Assembly (NCBI GenBank): GCA_963798085.1
Contig: CAWCRS010000001.1
Span: forward strand, 96,001-160,000
DNA length: 64,000 nucleotides
DNA from: an uncultured Gemmatimonadales bacterium
GTDB lineage: Bacteria; Gemmatimonadota; Gemmatimonadetes; Longimicrobiales; RSA9
Direction of reading: 5' to 3'
The notes under the pieces were generated by a model. It searched no databases. It saw nothing but the letters and a program-made list of their open reading frames with translations, and had not been told where the DNA came from. Position 1 is the first letter of the stretch, and each line of letters begins with the position of its first letter. A program made the position numbers and the translations under genes. Below are positions 58,675-64,000 of the stretch, piece after piece.

Positions 58675-59526
58675 ATGCACGCGCCCTGCGCCACCCGTCG
58701 CGGCCCATTCTCGATACCTCGCGCCTCTGCCTGCCTCGCCGTAGCCGCTCTCGTGCTGCTGCAGGCCCAGCGCGTATCCGCGCAGGCGAAGACGCTGGTC
58801 GCCGTGCTGGCGCACGCCGATGACGAAACCCCCGCCGGTCCCGTCCTGGCCCGCTATGCGCGCGAGGGCGCGCACGTCTACCTCATCATTGCCAGCAATG
58901 GCGGGCAGGGCACACTCGCCAGTGGCGGTGCCATGCAGCCCGACTCCGCGCAGATCGCCGCAATGGCGAGGGCACGGGCCGACGAGGCCCGCTGCGCGAC
59001 CGCCGCGCTCGGCGCCAATGCCCCCATCCTGCTCGGATTCCCTGATGGCAAGCTGGGCGACTACACCGCGGACCGTTCGCTCCTCTATCGGCTCACTGCG
59101 AGCATTGCCGCAGAACTCGAGCGACTGCGTCCCGACGCGGTGATCACGTGGGGACCCGACGGCGGAACCGGACACCCGGATCACCGCCTGGTCAGCGGCA
59201 TTGTGTCGCAGCTCGTGCACGCCGGCGCGCCGGGCGTACTCGAGCGCCTGTTCTATATGTACATCCCGCCGCAGGGCTTCAGTGACATCAATCCGCAACG
59301 CGGTGCGCCACCGCTGCTGGTACCCCAGCCGAAGTATCTGACCGTGCACGTTCCCTTCCAGCCCACCGACCTCGACGCTGCCCAGAAAGCCATGGCCTGC
59401 CACAAATCGCAGTTCACACCGGAAACGCTGCAGCGCTACTTTCCGGCGCAGGCCCGCCTGCTGAACGGACAGGTCACGTTCACGCCTGCATTCTCGAATC
59501 TCGCTGGAACTGACCTGTTCCGCTGA
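58675..59526 (+). CDS. PIG-L/LmbE family deacetylase (secreted)
   Basis: AHADDE, R..EA, FPDG, GHPDH and CHKSQ. ATG after GGAGG. Confidence 0.92.
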   Translation: MHAPCATRRGPFSIPRASACLAVAALVLLQAQRVSAQAKTLVAVLAHADDETPAGPVLARYAREGAHVYLIIASNGGQGTLASGGAMQPDSAQIAAMARARADEARCATAALGANAPILLGFPDGKLGDYTADRSLLYRLTASIAAELERLRPDAVITWGPDGGTGHPDHRLVSGIVSQLVHAGAPGVLERLFYMYIPPQGFSDINPQRGAPPLLVPQPKYLTVHVPFQPTDLDAAQKAMACHKSQFTPETLQRYFPAQARLLNGQVTFTPAFSNLAGTDLFR

Positions 59527-59790
59527 AGGCCTGGGGCAGCGCGCCGCGTGACATGCCAGTACGCCCCTGTAATGGCGTGTTATATGACGACGCAGGCTGC
59601 ACCGCCTCGCGACAGACAGCAGCCCTTCCACCGAACAAGCGCCCCTCAGGTCCCCCCGTGTCCACTGTGTGATAATGAGCCGTCAGCGTGGCACCACCCC
59701 GGGCCGTGGCACCGCCCCGGTCCACAAGTAACAGGACCCGCCGCACCCGACCGCCACCCCCGATATCACGGGAACGCCCAGACCCCATCC

Positions 59791-62218
59791 TTACTCCCCC
59801 CTCATACTCCTGACGGGATCCACGCGGGTGGACCGCAGCAATGGAATGAAGCTCGCCAGCCAGCCCGCCGCTCCCAGCACCACCAGCACACCGAGGAACG
59901 TGAGCGGATCGCCCGGCTTCACCTCGAACAGCAGGCTCTGCATCAGGCGGGTGAGGAACAGCGCCAGCACCACGCCCGCGGCCGCGCCATAGCCGGCGGC
60001 GGTCATGTATTCGCGCTGCATCATGCGGCGCACGTTCGCGGGCGCGGCGCCCAGTGCCAGGCGGATGCCGATCTCCTGCCGCCTGCGCTCCACCGCATAC
60101 GCGACGACGCCGTACACGCCCACGCTCGCCAGCACCAGCGCACTGCAGGCGAAGGCGGCAATGATCATGAGGATGAAGCGGCGCGCGGCCAGTGTGCCCG
60201 ACAGCTTCTGCTCAATGGTGCTGAACAGCACCGGGACATCGGCGTCCACCGCTCTTACCGCATCGCGTACCGGTCCGATGAGCGACTCGGCGCGCGTGTC
60301 GCCGCGCGGCCGGAGCAGCGCCGTCATGCTCCATGCGCGGAACGGGCGCTGCGTATAGGGAAAGAAGATGGTAGGCGATGGCGGCCGCGTGAAATCGCTC
60401 TGGCGGATGTCACCCACCACACCGATGATCGTGGCGCGGTCCCGGGTCTGCCAGTGATCGTCCATGCCGCCGCCCGTGATGCGCTTGCCCACCGCATCCT
60501 GCCCGGGCCACACCGCTTCCGCAAACGCGTGGTTAACCACGACGACAGGTTCGCTGCCGTCGCGGTCGCGGCTGTCGAACACGCGGCCGCGCACCACGGG
60601 AATACCGATGGTCTCGAAATAGCCCGGACCCGCAACCTGGTAGAGCGCGCTGGTCGTGGGCTTCGCCGCGTCGTCCACATCGATCATGCCGTTGGACACG
60701 AACGTGAGCGGCGCCGCGTTCACCAGGCCCATGGACTCGACGCCGGACAATGCGCTCAGGTTCTGCATCAGCGCGTCGTAGTACTGCCGCTTCGTGGCGT
60801 TGTCACCGTAGCGCGATTCCGGCGGATCGACGGTGGCAGTGAGGATGCGCTCCGTATGGAATCCCGGGCGCACGGCCAGCACGCTCCAGAAGCTGCGCAG
60901 CAGCAGGCCCGAGCCCACCAGCAGTAGCAGCGCCACCCCCATTTCGGCGGCGACCAGCCACTTCCAGATGCGCTGCCGCCGCGGATCGTCGCCGCCGCGC
61001 GTGCCGCTGCGCAGCGAGCGAATGGCGAAGCTTGCAATGCGCACACCGGGCAGCAGGCCCGCCAGTGATGCGGCCAGCAGCGACACTGCCATGGTGAACG
61101 CGAGGACAGGCACGTCCAGGTGCACGTTGTCAATGCGCGGAATGCCCGCGGGCGCGAAGCGCACCAGCAGCCGCAGCACGCTCCAGGCAACCGCCAGGCC
61201 CAGCGCCGCGCCCATCAATGACAGTGCGAACGACTCCGCGAAGATCACGCGCACCATGCGGCCGCGGCCGGCGCCCAGCGCGTGCCGGATCGAGTATTCC
61301 TGTTCTCTTGCGGTGCCGCGCGCGAGCGTCGTGCTCGCCAGGTTCGTGCACGCCACCAGCAGCACGAGCGCGGACGCGGCCATCAGAATCCAGAGCGGCC
61401 GGCGCGTGCTGCCCACAATGGCGTCGCGCAGAGTCTGGACCGACGTAGTCTGCGGGAAGTAGTCGTTGTAGCCCTCTTCCTGCGCTACTGCCGGCTCATT
61501 CGTGGTGAAGCGCTTCGTGATCGCATCCAGTTCGGCCTTCGCGCGCGTCAAGGTCACGCCGGGCGAGAGCCTTGCCAGTGCCTCGAAGTTGTGCGCCGTA
61601 CGATAGGGATTCGCCGGCTCCAGCTCGACCGGATACCAGAATGTCGACCTTGCCCGGATAGTCGAAGCCGCGCGGCATCACGCCAACGACGCGTGCGGTG
61701 TATCCCGCCATGGTCAGCGACTGCTCGGCGAAATCCGGCCGCGCACCCAGGTGTGTGCGCCAGAACGCATCGCTCACCACCACCGCAGGCGAAGCGCCTC
61801 GCCGGTGCTCGTCCGCGCTGAATGTGCGGCCCACCTCGGGCGGCACACGCAATGTTGCGAAGAAGCCTTCGCTCACGGCGGAAATCCCGACGCGCAGCGG
61901 CTGCCCGGTGCCCAGCACGGTGCCCTCGCCGCCCGGTGTGTGGATCACGAATCCGTCGAACACAGTCGCCGCATCGTGCCAGTCCTTGAAGTTCTGCCAT
62001 GCGACCTGCATCTGGCCGCCGGCGCCGGACACTTCCCGGATGCGCACCAGCCGGTCCGACTCCGGAAAATCGAGCGGCGTGAGCAGCACGCCTTTCACCA
62101 GGCTGAACACGATCGCGTTCGCCGCAATGCCCAGCACCAGTGTGGTGAGCGCGACGATTGTGTAGCCCGGGCTGCGCGCCAGCGCGCGGAACGCGAAACG
62201 CAGGTCTTTCATGAACAT
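59791..62218 (-). pseudogene. ADOP-family ABC permease split by a +1 frameshift at ~61641
   Basis: The N-part ends ...GVMPRGFDYPGKVD. Removing one base from GAC ATT C TGG restores IWYPVELEPANPYRTAHNFEALARL in frame with the C-part (LLVACTNLA, RRQEIGIRLALGA). Confidence 0.85.
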
Positions 62219-62401
62219 GATTGCCTTGTCATCCCCGGTGGGTCGAGACGATCATGCCGCCGCACGTGCGGGCGTACGCCTGATCGTCGTGTGGTTTCGC
62301 CAGGGTTAGACCGACACTGAGGCTGGCAGGGTTGAATCAGGCAGGCTATTTCCTGTCGCCGCCGGCCACTTGATCGACCACCCGTTCACAAGGGAGAGCC
62401 G

Positions 62402-62632
62402 ATGCGCCCGTATCTGAAATCGCGGCTGGTTCAGGTCGGACTGGTGCTGCTCGTCTTCGGAGCGGGGCCGCTGCTCTTCATCATCTTTGCGGCCGCGGTG
62501 GGCCTCTGGCCGGATCCCAACCCCAATCCCATTGGTCCGGGCATTCTTGCCTTCTTCACCTTCTGGCCCGGCGTGATCTGCACACTCGTGGGTATCGCGC
62601 GCGTCTGGCTGCGCCGCAACGAGGGCGTCTGA
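62402..62632 (+). CDS. Small two-TM hypothetical protein
   Basis: RBS GGAG. Two hydrophobic helices joined by PDPNPNPIGPG. Confidence 0.7.
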   Translation: MRPYLKSRLVQVGLVLLVFGAGPLLFIIFAAAVGLWPDPNPNPIGPGILAFFTFWPGVICTLVGIARVWLRRNEGV

Positions 62633-62698
62633 TCACAGGCGACGACACCGCCCCGGGAACCGGCACGGTCCCCGAGGTTCCATCGTCGCCTGCACGGT

Positions 62699-64000
62699 TC
62701 ATTGCTGCTGCTGTGACTTGATCCAGCGCTCGATCTTCTGCCGCAGCATGACCAGCGGCACTGCGCCGTCTTCCAGTACGCGGTCGTGGAAGGCGCGGAT
62801 GTCGAAGCGCGAGCCCAGCGCCTTCTCCGCCTCCTCGCGCAGCCGCCGGATCTCGAGATTGCCCAGCATGTAGGACGTGGCCTGGCCGGGCACCGCGATG
62901 TAGCGGTCCACCTCCGACTCCACGCTGGCCTTCGATTCGGCCGTGTTCTGCAGCATGTAGTCGATGGCCTGCTGCCGGCTCCAGCCCAGTGCGTGCATGC
63001 CCGCGTCCACCACCAGCCTCGCCGCCCGTAACGCCTCGTTAGAGAGCAGGCCCATGCGGTCCACATCGCTGGTGTACAGCCCCATCTCGTCCGCCAGCCG
63101 CTCGCAGTACAGCGCCCAGCCCTCGCCGAAACCCGACAGGAAGATGTAGCGCTGCACCGGGTGCAGTCCCTTGCGCTCGAGGGCAATGGCGCCCTGCAAA
63201 TGGTGGCCCGGCCAGGTCTCGTGGAACGCGGTCGCCTCAATGCCGGCGCGGGGTTTGGTGTCGGCCTGGTAGAGGTTGATGTAGTAAATGCCGGGGCGGC
63301 TGCCATCCTCGGAGCCGTTGTTGTAGAAGCCGCCGGGCGCGTTGGGCTCGGAGAATGCCGGCACGGGCTGCACCTCGACCACGCCGGCCGGCACGATGCC
63401 GAACCACTTCGGCACGCTGTCCCTCGCCCGCTCGACCGCCGACTTCGCCGCCGCCAGCATGGCCGAGCGGCTGCCCATCAGGTATTGCCGATCCGTGCGC
63501 AGCTTCTCCAGTGCCGCATCCACATTGCTGGTGGCAAAGGAGCGCTCCGCAATGGCCGCCATTTCGCCGCGGATCTTCTTCATCTGGTCCAGCCCGGTCT
63601 GGTGCACCTGCTGTGGCGTCATGTCCACGGTGGCGTGATAGCGGATCGCCGCCTGATAACACTGGGCTCCATCCGGGTTCGCCGAGACGGCGATCGCATC
63701 CCTCGCCTCGGGCTGGTACTCGAGACGCAGGAAGTCGCGGTAGCGCAGGATGGCCGGCCGGATCGCCGTTTCCTCGAGCTGCTCCATGCGCTTGCGGAAA
63801 TCGGGGATCGACTCGGGCGCCATCGCGACGAAGGGCGAGTCCTTGATGGGCGCGTTGAGCAGCGCGTCCATCTGCTGGATCACCGCTTCGACATTCCCCT
63901 TCGGTGCCGAATAGCCGCGCTCCAGCCCGGTGCGCAGGTTGGCCATCTCCTGGTCCAGATAACGCGGGATTTCGGAAAAGCGACGCACCGCCGCATCGTC
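62699..64000 (-). CDS. DUF885 family protein, 5'-truncated by the window edge
   Basis: HETWPGHHLQ, EGWALYCE, RAARLVVDAGMH, EVDRY..PGQATSYMLG and FDIRAFHD. Confidence 0.93.
   Translation of the reverse strand, partial: DDAAVRRFSEIPRYLDQEMANLRTGLERGYSAPKGNVEAVIQQMDALLNAPIKDSPFVAMAPESIPDFRKRMEQLEETAIRPAILRYRDFLRLEYQPEARDAIAVSANPDGAQCYQAAIRYHATVDMTPQQVHQTGLDQMKKIRGEMAAIAERSFATSNVDAALEKLRTDRQYLMGSRSAMLAAAKSAVERARDSVPKWFGIVPAGVVEVQPVPAFSEPNAPGGFYNNGSEDGSRPGIYYINLYQADTKPRAGIEATAFHETWPGHHLQGAIALERKGLHPVQRYIFLSGFGEGWALYCERLADEMGLYTSDVDRMGLLSNEALRAARLVVDAGMHALGWSRQQAIDYMLQNTAESKASVESEVDRYIAVPGQATSYMLGNLEIRRLREEAEKALGSRFDIRAFHDRVLEDGAVPLVMLRQKIERWIKSQQQQ

Noticed and set aside
1..64000. CRISPR arrays, IS elements, rRNA
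   Set aside because: No regularly spaced repeats, transposase motifs or rRNA-like sequence were recognised by eye.

Overview
GC-rich bacterial chromosomal window. Multiple ADOP-type ABC permeases with a PadR regulator, SusC/SusD genes and GGRGG-rich secreted peptidases suggest Gemmatimonadota or an Acidobacteria-like lineage (inference only). From left to right: (1) the distal end of a phage-tail-like/extracellular contractile injection system locus (two baseplate-J-like genes, a tail-wedge gene, a DUF6519/beta-helix gene; 1-8405), ending at an ADOP permease remnant; (2) an OPT transporter and a LuxR-family regulator that flank an apparently self-contained ~123-nt tRNA-like non-coding RNA with its own promoter and terminator (11143-11335), which is the most unusual element here; (3) assorted transporter, peptidase and nuclease genes; (4) a ~25-kb glucuronoxylan/xylo-oligosaccharide utilisation locus (two GntR/FadR regulators, MFS, two GH3, GH67, two GH43, GH8, SusC/SusD, an unclassified (alpha/alpha)6 hydrolase) with a shared operator motif; (5) PP2C, amidohydrolase, clan GH-D glycosidase, PIG-L deacetylase, a frameshifted ADOP gene and a partial DUF885 gene. 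Family calls come from motif recognition, not database searches. No CRISPR array, rRNA, canonical tRNA or transposase was seen.
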